Assembly: GCA_903935335.1 (NCBI GenBank) | Contig: CAIZRG010000051.1 | Span: forward strand, 130,433-194,432 | Reading direction: 5' to 3' | DNA length: 64,000 nucleotides | Source: Oligoflexia bacterium | GTDB lineage: Bacteria; Bdellovibrionota; UBA1018 | In this document: positions 1 through 9,710 of the stretch, one piece after another | Numbering within the stretch: the stretch's first letter is position 1 | Layout: the number at the start of each line of letters is the position of its first letter | Made by a program: the position numbers and the translations under genes | Notes under the pieces: model-generated | The model's input: only the letters and a program-made list of their open reading frames with translations | Database searches by the model: none | What the model was told of the DNA's origin: nothing

Positions 1-323
1 AAAGCTCCGTAATATTTTAATAACTGGTTACCTGTAAGATGCTCATGAAAATAAGGCCTTTCAGGTAAATATCCAATCCGAAGCCTTGCCTCAATTGAAC
101 TTGCTTCAAACCCAAAAACCTGAACCTTCCCTGCAGTAGGATGACGTAAGCCAGCTAAAAGATGAATGAGAGTTGTTTTACCAGCACCATTAGACCCCAC
201 AAACCCAAAAATAGAACCTAAAGGAACTCTCAAGGAGACCTCATTCAGAACCCTCACTGGCCTCATCCAAAATCCAGTTCGAAAAGATTGATCAACTGAG
301 TCTACTTCCAAAGCAAAATTCAT
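1..323 (-). CDS. ABC transporter ATP-binding protein, N-terminal part (gene continues beyond the window start)
   Basis: Reverse translation from the ATG at 323 gives MNFALEVDSVDQSF...GSIFGFVGSNGAGKTTLIHLLAGL with a Walker A GxxGxGKT motif. An AGGAAGGAG RBS-like sequence lies just upstream on the minus strand. The gene is cut by the window edge. Confidence 0.8.
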   Translation of the reverse strand, partial: MNFALEVDSVDQSFRTGFWMRPVRVLNEVSLRVPLGSIFGFVGSNGAGKTTLIHLLAGLRHPTAGKVQVFGFEASSIEARLRIGYLPERPYFHEHLTGNQLLKYYGA

Positions 324-338
324 GGATCACTCCTTCCT

Positions 339-1277
339 TTACCTGAGATTGAATACAGACTCGTAAACCGTGCTTGTCGTGACTTTCCCCTGAGAGTCTA
401 AATACAAACGACCTCCCCAAGGATCCATCGCCCGAGTCTCAGAGACCCTCAAAAAATCATTCCAGTACTGTACCCGGTGTTTTGACACCAGAAGTTTCTC
501 AGAAGAATACCCTTTTTTGGAATGAAGAAATTCTAAAAAAGACTGATTGATTCGAAATAAATAATAACTAATTGAAAGATAAAGCTTTTTTATTTCAAGT
601 TCTTTTTTAACTCGCTCATCTTTAGGTGACAAGAGCATAAAATCTAAAAGCTTAAGGCCCACTTCGTACTCTCCTCCCACCTGACTGAGTTTCTTTTCAA
701 GCCTCAACATAAACGGAGGGGCATTGGGTAGAAGTGCTGCTTGCTTAAAAGCTTGAGCAGCCTGCGGCATATCGCCAATCTGAAATAGGTAAACATAGCC
801 TAAGGTCATCCCCAAAGTCCAAGCCCGAGACCAATACTGTTCTCTAAACCCTTCAGGATATTGAGATAATTTTTTTTTTAAAAAAGAAACCCCCTTCATC
901 AAAAGATCCCTTGCCCCCAAAGAGTCTTTTCGAATGACAGAAAGAAGGTTTGCACCCCCATAATAAACTTCAAAATATCCAGGATCGAGCTCTGAAATCA
1001 AATCCAATTGATAATAGATTCCTGCACGTTCTCCCCATTTTACTTTTTTCAATGAGGGGTCCATCAGAACCAAAATAAACTCCCAATCAATGACGACGGG
1101 GAGTTGTCCAAAACTAAGGATTTGATATAAAAGAGGATTTAAGGGTTGATTCTGATCTTGATATTCTAGACGCTCAATAGGCTCTTTTTCATAGATCGAA
1201 TGATTGAGTCCAATCAAAAAAAATAGAAATAATCCAATAAGAGAATAATCCAAATAAAAACGTCGAAATTGACACAC
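339..1277 (-). CDS. hypothetical membrane-anchored protein with helical-repeat character, co-oriented immediately upstream of the ABC ATPase
   Basis: 312-aa ORF with an N-terminal hydrophobic segment (LIGLFLFFLIGL). It lies 16 bp upstream of the ABC ATPase start. I recognise no motif. Confidence 0.5.
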   Translation of the reverse strand: MCQFRRFYLDYSLIGLFLFFLIGLNHSIYEKEPIERLEYQDQNQPLNPLLYQILSFGQLPVVIDWEFILVLMDPSLKKVKWGERAGIYYQLDLISELDPGYFEVYYGGANLLSVIRKDSLGARDLLMKGVSFLKKKLSQYPEGFREQYWSRAWTLGMTLGYVYLFQIGDMPQAAQAFKQAALLPNAPPFMLRLEKKLSQVGGEYEVGLKLLDFMLLSPKDERVKKELEIKKLYLSISYYLFRINQSFLEFLHSKKGYSSEKLLVSKHRVQYWNDFLRVSETRAMDPWGGRLYLDSQGKVTTSTVYESVFNLR

Positions 1278-1376
1278 CTAGCTTGATTACTCCCATTTGA
1301 TTTATTTTTTAATTAAACAAAAAAACTTACAAATGAAAACAATTCTGATAGCATATAAGAATATGGAGCAATCTCT

Positions 1377-1973
1377 ATGAAAAAGAAAGTCCCCTCATAT
1401 CAAATAATGAACAAACTAGGATTTACTCTGGTTGAACTCATGATCGTTGTTGCGATCATTGGGATTCTCTCTTCCGTTGCAATTCCTAACTATCAGAAAT
1501 ATCAAGCTAAAGCACGTCAAAGTGAGGCTAAGATTAACCTGGCTGCAGCTTACACTGCAGAAGCTTCATTCGCAGCTGAAAACTCTACCTATACCTCTTG
1601 TTTAAGCAGCATTGGATTCTCAGTCACTGGATCAAAACAATATTATACCATTGGCTTTAGTAACGGCGTAGCTGGTAATGGAGCCTGCGGACCTGGGAAT
1701 CCTGCAACTTCTGCATGTACTTTTTTCTCTTACAGTGGCACTAATCCTGTCACACCCTGCCCAGGCACTGGAAAAGATTATACTTCGTTTTACGCTCAAG
1801 TGGTTGTCAAAGCAGGTGCCAATTTTCCAATCGAATCCAATCTGACGTCTTCCATAGATAAGTCTACGTTTAAGATTGGAACCGCAGGAAATATTTCTAG
1901 CAGCGTCGCTACTTACGATCAATGGACTATAGATCATGATAATAATTTGATCAATACAGTCTCAAATCTCTAA
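1377..1973 (+). CDS. pilA: type IV pilin (PilA-like major pilin)
   Basis: Canonical prepilin N-terminus [29 protein letters not shown], containing the G/F cleavage and N-methyl site and an E at +5. GGAG RBS 8 nt before the ATG at 1377. An in-frame ATG at 1407 (MNKLGFTL...) would give the usual short leader. The C-terminal region is Cys-rich. Confidence 0.9.
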   Translation: MKKKVPSYQIMNKLGFTLVELMIVVAIIGILSSVAIPNYQKYQAKARQSEAKINLAAAYTAEASFAAENSTYTSCLSSIGFSVTGSKQYYTIGFSNGVAGNGACGPGNPATSACTFFSYSGTNPVTPCPGTGKDYTSFYAQVVVKAGANFPIESNLTSSIDKSTFKIGTAGNISSSVATYDQWTIDHDNNLINTVSNL

Positions 1974-1978
1974 ATTCT

Positions 1979-3196
1979 TTACTCCGCTCCTCCAGCCAAC
2001 TTGAAGATAGGGAGATACATGGCAATCATCATTCCACCCACCGTTCCACCTAGAAAAACAAGAACAAAGGGTTCAATGAGTTTACTCATCCCACCCACCA
2101 TGGTTTCAACTTCTCCTTCAAAAAAATCTGCCACTTTTTCTAGCATCTTATCCATATTCCCTGTCGTCTCTCCAACGCTAATCATTTGAACAGCCATTCT
2201 AGGGAACACATCGAGTTTACTGATCACAGCTCCCAGAGTTTTTCCGCCCTCGACTTCACTTCGAATCTTAGCCACAGCTTCTTCTAAAACCACGTTATCA
2301 ATGGTAGCTTTACAAATATCAATGGCATCAATTAAGTTAACTCCGGAGGCAAGAAGAGTTTGCATCGTTCGAGAAAATCGAGCTATTCCAGATTTTTGGA
2401 CTAGCCCGCCAAACAGAGGTAATCCAAAAGTCATCCGATCGATAAAAGCTTTTCCTTCTTCGGACTTTAAGTACCTACGAATCACATAAAAAAGCCCTGC
2501 TCCGACTCCAAGAATGGTAAGAATATTTTCCTGTAAAAAATGAGAAGCAGTAATCACTATTTGAGTGGGAACAGGAAGCTCTTGCCCGCCATTTTTTAGC
2601 ATCTCTTCAAACTTTGGGATCACAAAAACTAACATCAATGACACGACAATAACCCCAATACTAATCACAATAATAGGATACATCATTGCACTTTTTACCA
2701 TTTTACGAATTCTCTCAGAATCCTCTAAATACCGAGAAATTCTTTTTAGCATTTGATCCATTGCACCAGATGCCTCTCCAGCTCGAATCAAAGCAATATA
2801 AAGCTTAGGAAAAACATTAGGATAAGCACTCAGTGACTCCCAAAGATAAGCTCCTTGTGAAATCTTATCTTTTACAGACAAAACAATGGTTCTTAAACTT
2901 GCACTACTGACTTGTTCACTCAGAATCTCCAAACCCTGAACCAATGGAACTCCGGATCCAATCAAAACTTGAAGTTGTCTTGTAAACGTTACTAAAGCTT
3001 CACTGGGAACACTCAGAGCATTTACCTTTAAAACAGTCGCTACACTAGAAACCGCTTCAATTTTTTTACTAATCTTGGTTGGACGAATCCCCAAAGCTCT
3101 CAATTGAACCCGAAGATCCCCTTCAGTAGAAACATCAAGAACTCCTGATACTTTATTTCCAGATTTATCTACACCCTGATATTGAAACTCTGCCAT
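1979..3196 (-). CDS. pilC: type IV pilus assembly platform protein PilC (GspF family)
   Basis: 405 aa with two GspF-type repeats and three TM segments. Lies within the pilB-pilT-pilC gene order. Confidence 0.9.
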   Translation of the reverse strand: MAEFQYQGVDKSGNKVSGVLDVSTEGDLRVQLRALGIRPTKISKKIEAVSSVATVLKVNALSVPSEALVTFTRQLQVLIGSGVPLVQGLEILSEQVSSASLRTIVLSVKDKISQGAYLWESLSAYPNVFPKLYIALIRAGEASGAMDQMLKRISRYLEDSERIRKMVKSAMMYPIIVISIGVIVVSLMLVFVIPKFEEMLKNGGQELPVPTQIVITASHFLQENILTILGVGAGLFYVIRRYLKSEEGKAFIDRMTFGLPLFGGLVQKSGIARFSRTMQTLLASGVNLIDAIDICKATIDNVVLEEAVAKIRSEVEGGKTLGAVISKLDVFPRMAVQMISVGETTGNMDKMLEKVADFFEGEVETMVGGMSKLIEPFVLVFLGGTVGGMMIAMYLPIFKLAGGAE

Positions 3197-3219
3197 AAGC
3201 CCCCCCCTAAACCATTTAT

Positions 3220-4308
3220 TTAAACAGGGCGTCTTTCCTGTACTTGGACAAGAAGTTTAGCCAGTTCATCCTGCATAAAGCTATACTCTAAAGCATCTGC
3301 TTTAGATAAAGAACCATTTTTAACCAAGCTTATGAGTGCTTGATTCATGGTTTGCATTCCCGTTTCATCTTGCCCCGTCTGCATCGCTGAATAGATTTGA
3401 TGAATTTTATCTTCTCGAATGAGACTACGAATAGCCATTGTTGGAATTAAAACTTCACATGCCATAGAGCGTCCAGTTGCAAACGACTTAGGAATTAAGA
3501 TCTGGGAAACAACAGCGACTAAAGAAAAGCCTAGGACTTGTCGAATCTGAGTTTGCTGATGGGGAGGAAAAACATTAATCACACGATTAATCGATTGAAC
3601 TGCACTATTGGTATGAAGGGTTCCAAAAACAAGGTGTCCTGTTTCGGCCATGGTCAGAGCCATTTCAATGGTCTCAGCATCTCGAAGCTCCCCCACCAGC
3701 ACAAAGTCAGGATCTTGTCTGAGGATTCTTTTGAGAGCATTACCAAATGACTTTGTATCCACTCCTACCTCTCGTTGATTGACAATACAATTCTTATGAG
3801 GATGAACAAATTCAATAGGATCCTCAACTGTAATCAGATGCCCATACTCTTCGCGATTCAAGAGATCTAGCATGGCTGCTAATGAAGTTGATTTACCACT
3901 CCCCGTAGGTCCTGTTACTAAAATCAAACCATTAGGCCGTCGAATCACTTTCTTTAAAACCTGAGGTAGCTTAAGTGCATCAAAATCTGGAATTGTTAAT
4001 GGAATCCTTCGAAAAACAGCTCCGACTCCTCCTCGTTGATAAAAAAGATTACCACGAAATCTCGCGACATCTTTAATTCCAAAGGAAAAGTCAATTTCAA
4101 AATTTTTTTCAAAATCTGCCTTCTGGAAATCTGTTAATACCGAATAGCAAAGTTCCTTGGTATCTTGATTCGTCAAAGAATCTGTTTTTACCTTCACCAT
4201 CTTCCCTTGAATTCTAAACTCAGGGGGAACCCCTACCGTGATATGTAGATCAGATGCATCTTGATCCACCATAGTCTTGAGTAACGCAGGTAATCCAATT
4301 TTAGCCAT
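3220..4308 (-). CDS. pilT: twitching-motility retraction ATPase PilT
   Basis: 362 aa. Contains Walker A GPTGSGKST, Asp/His boxes and the typical PilT N-terminus; the size matches PilT. Confidence 0.9.
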   Translation of the reverse strand: MAKIGLPALLKTMVDQDASDLHITVGVPPEFRIQGKMVKVKTDSLTNQDTKELCYSVLTDFQKADFEKNFEIDFSFGIKDVARFRGNLFYQRGGVGAVFRRIPLTIPDFDALKLPQVLKKVIRRPNGLILVTGPTGSGKSTSLAAMLDLLNREEYGHLITVEDPIEFVHPHKNCIVNQREVGVDTKSFGNALKRILRQDPDFVLVGELRDAETIEMALTMAETGHLVFGTLHTNSAVQSINRVINVFPPHQQTQIRQVLGFSLVAVVSQILIPKSFATGRSMACEVLIPTMAIRSLIREDKIHQIYSAMQTGQDETGMQTMNQALISLVKNGSLSKADALEYSFMQDELAKLLVQVQERRPV

Positions 4309-4309
4309 A

Positions 4310-6028
4310 CTAGCTCTCCACTGTTAAAGATAAAGCTTCCTCTACGGTTGTTCGACCTTCAGCGACTTTAGATAATGCAGCCATTCTAAGTGTTTTCATC
4401 CCATTTTTTACCGCCTGCTTTTTAATTTCAATGATGCTCTCGCCTCGAAGGACCATTTCTTTGAGTGCTTGATTAAACTCCATGACTTCATAAATCGCAA
4501 TTCGCCCTTTATAGCCTGATTGATTACACTTGACACATCCTGCTCCCTTATAGGCTTTCAAACTCTCAGCTGATTGGGAAGAAAATCCAAATTCAACCCA
4601 TTTTTGTTTTGGAATTGAGTCTACGACTTTGCACCCACTACAAATGGTTCTTAATAGACGCTGGGCAACAATTGTATTTACAGAAGCCACCACAAGAAAT
4701 GGCTCAAGCCCCATATTCATGAGTCGAGTAATCGTACTCGGTGCATCGTTCGTATGCAGAGTAGATAAAACTAAGTGCCCTGTTAAAGCTGCTTGAACGG
4801 CTACCTCAGCCGTTTCATAATCTCGAATTTCCCCCACCAAAACAATGTCAGGATCCTGTCTTAAAAGCGCCCGTAAAACACTCGCAAACGTAAGCCCAAT
4901 CTCCTTATGAACCTGAACTTGATTGACTCCTTCCAAATTATACTCAACTGGATCTTCTGCTGTAGAAAGATTATCTGTTGTTTGATTGAGCTCAGAGATA
5001 GCTGAATATAATGTCGTTGTTTTTCCACTCCCTGTAGGACCTGTTACTAAAACCAGCCCATTAGGAGCATAAATTCCTTTTTTAAAAGCTTCAAGCTGCC
5101 CAGACTCAAACCCGAGTTTTAGCAAATCGAGCTGAAGATTTCCCTTAGAAAGCATTCTAAGAACTATTTTTTCTCCAAATAAAGTCGGCATAGAATTGAC
5201 ACGAAAATCAACCTCTTTCCCAGAAAATTTAAGCTTAATACGCCCATCTTGAGGCACTCGAGTCTCAGCAATGTCCATTCTAGACATGATTTTAAAACGA
5301 GCAGTAACAGCTCTTTTCATCTCCAGTGGAATCTGAACAACTTCATAAAGAACTCCATCGACTCGCATGCGAATCCTAAACTTTTTTTCATAAGGCTCAA
5401 CGTGAATATCACTTGCCATACGTTTAATGCCTTCACTTAAAACTCCATTCACAAGTTGAATCACCGGTGCATCTTGTTCTGTTGAAGATCCAGAATCAAT
5501 GTCATGGATCTGTACAAGCTCTAAACCTGAAGAATCGTCTCCTTCTTTACTTTCTTTTTTATACGATTCAATGGCTGCACCTACAAAGGCTGTTCCACTG
5601 CTATAGTATTTTTGAAAAGCAGCATCAAATCCAGAAAAAGTCGTCAAAACTGATTCAACGTTAAGTTTTGTGATATATTTTACTGACTCAAGATTTGAAA
5701 TATCTGTAGGATCACAAAGAACCACGACCAATGTTCCTTGATTCGCTTGAATAGGAATCACTTTACATTTACGAGCCAGATCAGGAGGAACTAATTTAAT
5801 GATTTCTGGATTAATTTCAAATTTAGACAAATTGATACTGGGAAGACTAAATTTTTGACTTAGGTAAAGAAGAACTTTATTCTCTAAAACATATTTTTTT
5901 TCTATGAGAAATCGGGCGTAGCTCTTCCCAGTTTTTGCAGCTTCTTCAGCTTCTGCTAATTGCCCAGCTGAAATTAGCTTATCTTTAAGCAACATCTCAG
6001 CCAACTTCCGTGACATAAGTTCCCCCAA
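4310..6028 (-). CDS. pilB: type IV pilus assembly (extension) ATPase PilB (GspE family)
   Basis: 572 aa. N-terminal GspII-like domain, Walker A GPTGSGKTTT, and a C-terminal tetracysteine motif CSGC...CVKC. Confidence 0.9.
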   Translation of the reverse strand: MGELMSRKLAEMLLKDKLISAGQLAEAEEAAKTGKSYARFLIEKKYVLENKVLLYLSQKFSLPSINLSKFEINPEIIKLVPPDLARKCKVIPIQANQGTLVVVLCDPTDISNLESVKYITKLNVESVLTTFSGFDAAFQKYYSSGTAFVGAAIESYKKESKEGDDSSGLELVQIHDIDSGSSTEQDAPVIQLVNGVLSEGIKRMASDIHVEPYEKKFRIRMRVDGVLYEVVQIPLEMKRAVTARFKIMSRMDIAETRVPQDGRIKLKFSGKEVDFRVNSMPTLFGEKIVLRMLSKGNLQLDLLKLGFESGQLEAFKKGIYAPNGLVLVTGPTGSGKTTTLYSAISELNQTTDNLSTAEDPVEYNLEGVNQVQVHKEIGLTFASVLRALLRQDPDIVLVGEIRDYETAEVAVQAALTGHLVLSTLHTNDAPSTITRLMNMGLEPFLVVASVNTIVAQRLLRTICSGCKVVDSIPKQKWVEFGFSSQSAESLKAYKGAGCVKCNQSGYKGRIAIYEVMEFNQALKEMVLRGESIIEIKKQAVKNGMKTLRMAALSKVAEGRTTVEEALSLTVES

Positions 6029-6089
6029 CTATAGATTAACTGAGATAGGAATAAATTACTAGAACCGATTACCAGGCGTAACTCAAAAC

Positions 6090-7022
6090 TCAACTCAAAC
6101 GTATTCGAGTTAACTCAATGTCTTTTTTAATCTGCTCTTGAAGATCCTGAATCTGAGAAAATTTCCTTTCTTCCCGAATTCGACTAAAAAATCGAACTTC
6201 TAAGCAAGTTCCATAAAGATCCATCTTTTGATCCAACAAAAAGGTTTCTACACAGATTGGAGCAGGTTGCCCATCTTTTTGAAATGTTGGACGAATTCCA
6301 ATATGGGTAACACTCAGATATTCAACTTCATGAATCACAGTCAAAGTCGCATAAACACCGAAAGGTAGAACCAACTTATCCTCAAGATTAAAATTAGCAG
6401 TAGGAAATCCAATCATTTTACCTCGGCCTTCACCGTGAATGACAACCCCTTGATAAGAAAACTGCCGACCTAAAAACTGATTCGCCGCTTCAATTTCACC
6501 TGCAAAAAGATATTTTCTGATCTTTGAGCTCGAAACCACTTCTCCATCAATTTTTTGAGCAGAAACAACTAAAAGATCAACTCCAGAGGTTTTACAAAAA
6601 GCTTCCAGAACCTTTAAATCGCCATGCCTTTGTTTCCCAAAAACAAAATCATACCCGACCACAATAGACTCAGCCTTTAAACGATCCATCAAAAATTGCT
6701 GAAAAAATTCATTAGGCTCAATTGAAGAAAAATCCTGACTAAAAGACTCCTCAATCATCAGATCTACACCTAACCTAGATAAAATCTGAATTTTTTCCTC
6801 GTAGGTAGAAATCAGCTGGGGAGGATGAGTAGGTTGAAGAACCGCCAAAGGATGGGGACGAAAAGTATATCCAACGCACTGCCCTTGTTTAGATTTCGCT
6901 TGCTCAATCGCAACCTGAATAATTTTTTGATGCCCAAGATGAACTCCATCAAAATTCCCAATGGTTACCACCGGATGAGGAACTGGGTGTGACAGACAGG
7001 AAATACCTCGAATCAATTGCAT
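6090..7022 (-). CDS. ribF: bifunctional riboflavin kinase / FMN adenylyltransferase
   Basis: 310 aa. N-terminus VVTIGNFDGVHLGHQ matches the nucleotidyltransferase motif, followed by a C-terminal riboflavin kinase domain. Confidence 0.9.
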   Translation of the reverse strand: MQLIRGISCLSHPVPHPVVTIGNFDGVHLGHQKIIQVAIEQAKSKQGQCVGYTFRPHPLAVLQPTHPPQLISTYEEKIQILSRLGVDLMIEESFSQDFSSIEPNEFFQQFLMDRLKAESIVVGYDFVFGKQRHGDLKVLEAFCKTSGVDLLVVSAQKIDGEVVSSSKIRKYLFAGEIEAANQFLGRQFSYQGVVIHGEGRGKMIGFPTANFNLEDKLVLPFGVYATLTVIHEVEYLSVTHIGIRPTFQKDGQPAPICVETFLLDQKMDLYGTCLEVRFFSRIREERKFSQIQDLQEQIKKDIELTRIRLS

Positions 7023-7028
7023 TTAAAC

Positions 7029-7415
7029 TCAATCCTGGATGTGCTTAACACTCTGTGTTGCAGGAGGTTTAAATTTAAAGCCGCAAGTGTCAATCTCCGC
7101 ATCTTTTGAATCAAATGGATAATTTCGACAATTAGCCGGCCTAAGATCACCATAAATGCGACAGTAAGACAAATTCTCTTGATCTCGACCCAAAAAAGGG
7201 CACTTGTAAATCAACTGACAGCATAGCCCACACCGATGACACTCTCCCTGACGATTTTCTTCAATTGATTTTTGAATATAATGAGCTTTAAAGTTACCGA
7301 TATAAAACCTTCGTAACTTTCTAAGGAACTGCCCTAGAAAATTTCGCTCAATCACTTGTGCTTGATACCATGTACGAAGAGATCTACCTAAATTCATGAT
7401 GCTCCCATTAGCCAC
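7029..7415 (-). CDS. YkgJ-family zinc/iron-chelating domain protein (CxxCxxCC)
   Basis: 128 aa with the motif CHRCGLCC plus additional Cys residues (CRIYGDLRPANC, DTCGF), typical of the UPF0153/YkgJ family. Confidence 0.65.
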   Translation of the reverse strand: MANGSIMNLGRSLRTWYQAQVIERNFLGQFLRKLRRFYIGNFKAHYIQKSIEENRQGECHRCGLCCQLIYKCPFLGRDQENLSYCRIYGDLRPANCRNYPFDSKDAEIDTCGFKFKPPATQSVKHIQD

Positions 7416-7447
7416 AACAAAGCTATTTCAGTCAAGAAACCGTTTCA

Positions 7448-9679
7448 TTAAGACAAAAACAAAATTTCACGGTACTTAGGTAATGGCCAGTAATCATCTG
7501 AGACTCGACACTCCAACTCGTCACAACAAAGTCGAATCTCTTCCATCAAACGGGTCCCTAAACTTCCTAATAAATAGGCATAATCTCTTTCATTTTCTCG
7601 ACTTTCTCCCTGATTCCAAACATCTTCCAAAGCCTTCCTTTGAGTCTGCAGCAAAGTAATCAAATCAGACAGTTTTTCTACCCTCTCAATCTGTGGTGCT
7701 GGAAACCCAGCAGACTTTGCTGCTGACACCCCCTGGACAAGGCTTCCCCAATAAGCATACGCTGCTGGTAAAATCTGAGTGTCCACCATCGAACGCAAGG
7801 TATCCATTTCAATGATTTTATTCTTTAAATAACGTTCTAAGCGAACCTGAAACCGAGAGTTTAACTCAGACTCAGTAAAAACCCCTAAGCGAGTCAACAT
7901 CTCACAAGACGTAGGGCTCACTAGCTGATCTAAAGCTTCAGGAGTCGAGCGTAAATGAGGCAAACCCCTTTTCTCAGCTTCCTTGACCCAATCTGAAGAG
8001 TAGTTGTTCCCTTCAAAACGAATTGAACGAGTCTCTGCAATGGCACCTCGAATGACATCTAGAATATCAGACTCTTTGACAAGTCCATCTTTTTGTCTCT
8101 TTTTCAAATCTTCTATTAAATCTGAAAATCCATCTGCTACAGCTGAATTTAATACAGTAATAGGAAATGCTGTAGAAGCAGAAGATCCTACTGCACGAAA
8201 TTCAAATTTATTTCCAGTAAAGGCAAATGGAGACGTCCGATTTCTATCGGTATTATCTTTCATCACTTGGGGCAATTGACTCAGGCCCAAGTGAAGAACA
8301 TTGACCTGCGTACTCAATCCAGTTCCAGTTCCACGCTCGAGCTCATTCAAAATTCGGCTTAAAAGATCTCCTAAAAAAACAGAAATAATTGCAGGAGGTG
8401 CCTCATGAGCTCCTAGACGACAATCATTTCCAGCAGAAGCAATACTTGCCCGCAGTAAACCTGAGTGCTTATAAACACCTTTTAGAACTCCCAAAAGAAT
8501 AGTTAAAAAACGAAGATTTTCATGAGGAGTTTTACCAGGATCTAATAAATTTTCTCCATCTGAAAAACAACTACTCCTTGTATTCATAGTACTCATGATT
8601 GACCAATTATTATGTTTCCCGCTCCCATTGATTCCTGCAAAAGGTTTTTCATGGAGTAATACGCTGAGTCCGTGACGTAAAGCCACTTTTCTTAAAATTT
8701 CCATCGTCAATTGATTATGATCCACAGCAAGGTTAGCTTCCTCGAATATAGGAGCTGTTTCAAACTGACTAGGAGCAACCTCGTTGTGCCGAGTTTTTAC
8801 TGGCACACCTAATTTATAAAGTTCATACTCCATCTCACTCATGAAAGCTTGAACTCTAGATGGAATACTCCCGAAATAATGATCTTCTAGCTGTTGTCCC
8901 TTAGGAGACTGTCCTCCCATCAACGTTCTGCCTGTCATGACCAAGTCGGGTCTCAAATTAAAAAAAGATCGATCAATTAAAAAATATTCTTGTTCAATTC
9001 CTAATGTAGGAATAACTCTTTTAACCTGTTGATCACCCAACAATTGAAGCAACTCGATGGCTTTTTTTGAAAGCACTTCAGTACTTCTTAATAGCCCAGA
9101 CTTTTCATCAAGTGCATCACCATGATAACTCACAAAAACAGAGGGAATACAAAGAGTCTTCCCATTTGTATGCTCCATAATAAAAATAGAGCTTGAGAAA
9201 TCCCACGCTGTATACCCACGAGCTTCAAATGTTGTTCTCATCCCTCCTGATGGAAAACTAGAAGCATCAGGCTCGCTTTGAATCAGTTGAGAAGCAGAAA
9301 ATTTTTCTAAAGCTTTTTTACGATAATCAATATTAATAAAAGCATCATGTTTCTCAGCTGTAGATCCAGTTTGTGGCTGAAACCAGTGGCAAAAATGAGT
9401 CGCTCCTTTTGACAAAGCCCAACTTTTAACTACATCAGCAACGGCATCTGCCACATCATAACTCAATGATTTCCCATTTTCTATGGCTGAAATAAGTTTA
9501 AAATAATTTGACTCTGATAATGCTTTTTCCATTTTTTCAATGCAAAAAGTATTGATTCCAAAATATTCAGATATTTTTAAAGGGTTGCCTTCTTTATCTT
9601 TAGGTAACTCAAATCTTCTGGGAACTCGTAAATTCAGATTTCCAATTGCATCAAACCTAGCTTTTGATCCAGTCATCAC
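7448..9679 (-). CDS. glnN: glutamine synthetase type III
   Basis: 743 aa, a GSIII-sized protein. It has the characteristic long N-terminal domain and a central catalytic region (HEKPFAGINGSGKHNNWS). Confidence 0.85.
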   Translation of the reverse strand: MMTGSKARFDAIGNLNLRVPRRFELPKDKEGNPLKISEYFGINTFCIEKMEKALSESNYFKLISAIENGKSLSYDVADAVADVVKSWALSKGATHFCHWFQPQTGSTAEKHDAFINIDYRKKALEKFSASQLIQSEPDASSFPSGGMRTTFEARGYTAWDFSSSIFIMEHTNGKTLCIPSVFVSYHGDALDEKSGLLRSTEVLSKKAIELLQLLGDQQVKRVIPTLGIEQEYFLIDRSFFNLRPDLVMTGRTLMGGQSPKGQQLEDHYFGSIPSRVQAFMSEMEYELYKLGVPVKTRHNEVAPSQFETAPIFEEANLAVDHNQLTMEILRKVALRHGLSVLLHEKPFAGINGSGKHNNWSIMSTMNTRSSCFSDGENLLDPGKTPHENLRFLTILLGVLKGVYKHSGLLRASIASAGNDCRLGAHEAPPAIISVFLGDLLSRILNELERGTGTGLSTQVNVLHLGLSQLPQVMKDNTDRNRTSPFAFTGNKFEFRAVGSSASTAFPITVLNSAVADGFSDLIEDLKKRQKDGLVKESDILDVIRGAIAETRSIRFEGNNYSSDWVKEAEKRGLPHLRSTPEALDQLVSPTSCEMLTRLGVFTESELNSRFQVRLERYLKNKIIEMDTLRSMVDTQILPAAYAYWGSLVQGVSAAKSAGFPAPQIERVEKLSDLITLLQTQRKALEDVWNQGESRENERDYAYLLGSLGTRLMEEIRLCCDELECRVSDDYWPLPKYREILFLS

Positions 9680-9710
9680 AAAAACTTCTCCTTTAGGAAC
9701 TTTCTAACCT

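Noticed and set aside
870-885. T10A6 homopolymer inside the 339..1277 ORF (encodes FLKKKL on the minus strand) as a possible phase-variation tract
   Set aside because: Such A/T runs are common in this low-GC sequence and the frame is intact. There is no evidence of switching from sequence alone.
1278-1376. Sigma-54 promoter (TGGCAC-N5-TTGCA) upstream of pilA
   Set aside because: No GG-N10-GC match is present in the 100 bp upstream. Only AT-rich sigma-70-like hexamers with poor spacing are there.
1632-2756. Track ORFs 1632..1937(-), 2001..2189(+), 2301..2489(+), 2565..2756(+) inside or antisense to pilA and pilC
   Set aside because: They are shadow ORFs antisense to or overlapping strongly supported genes. 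They have no RBS or motif support.
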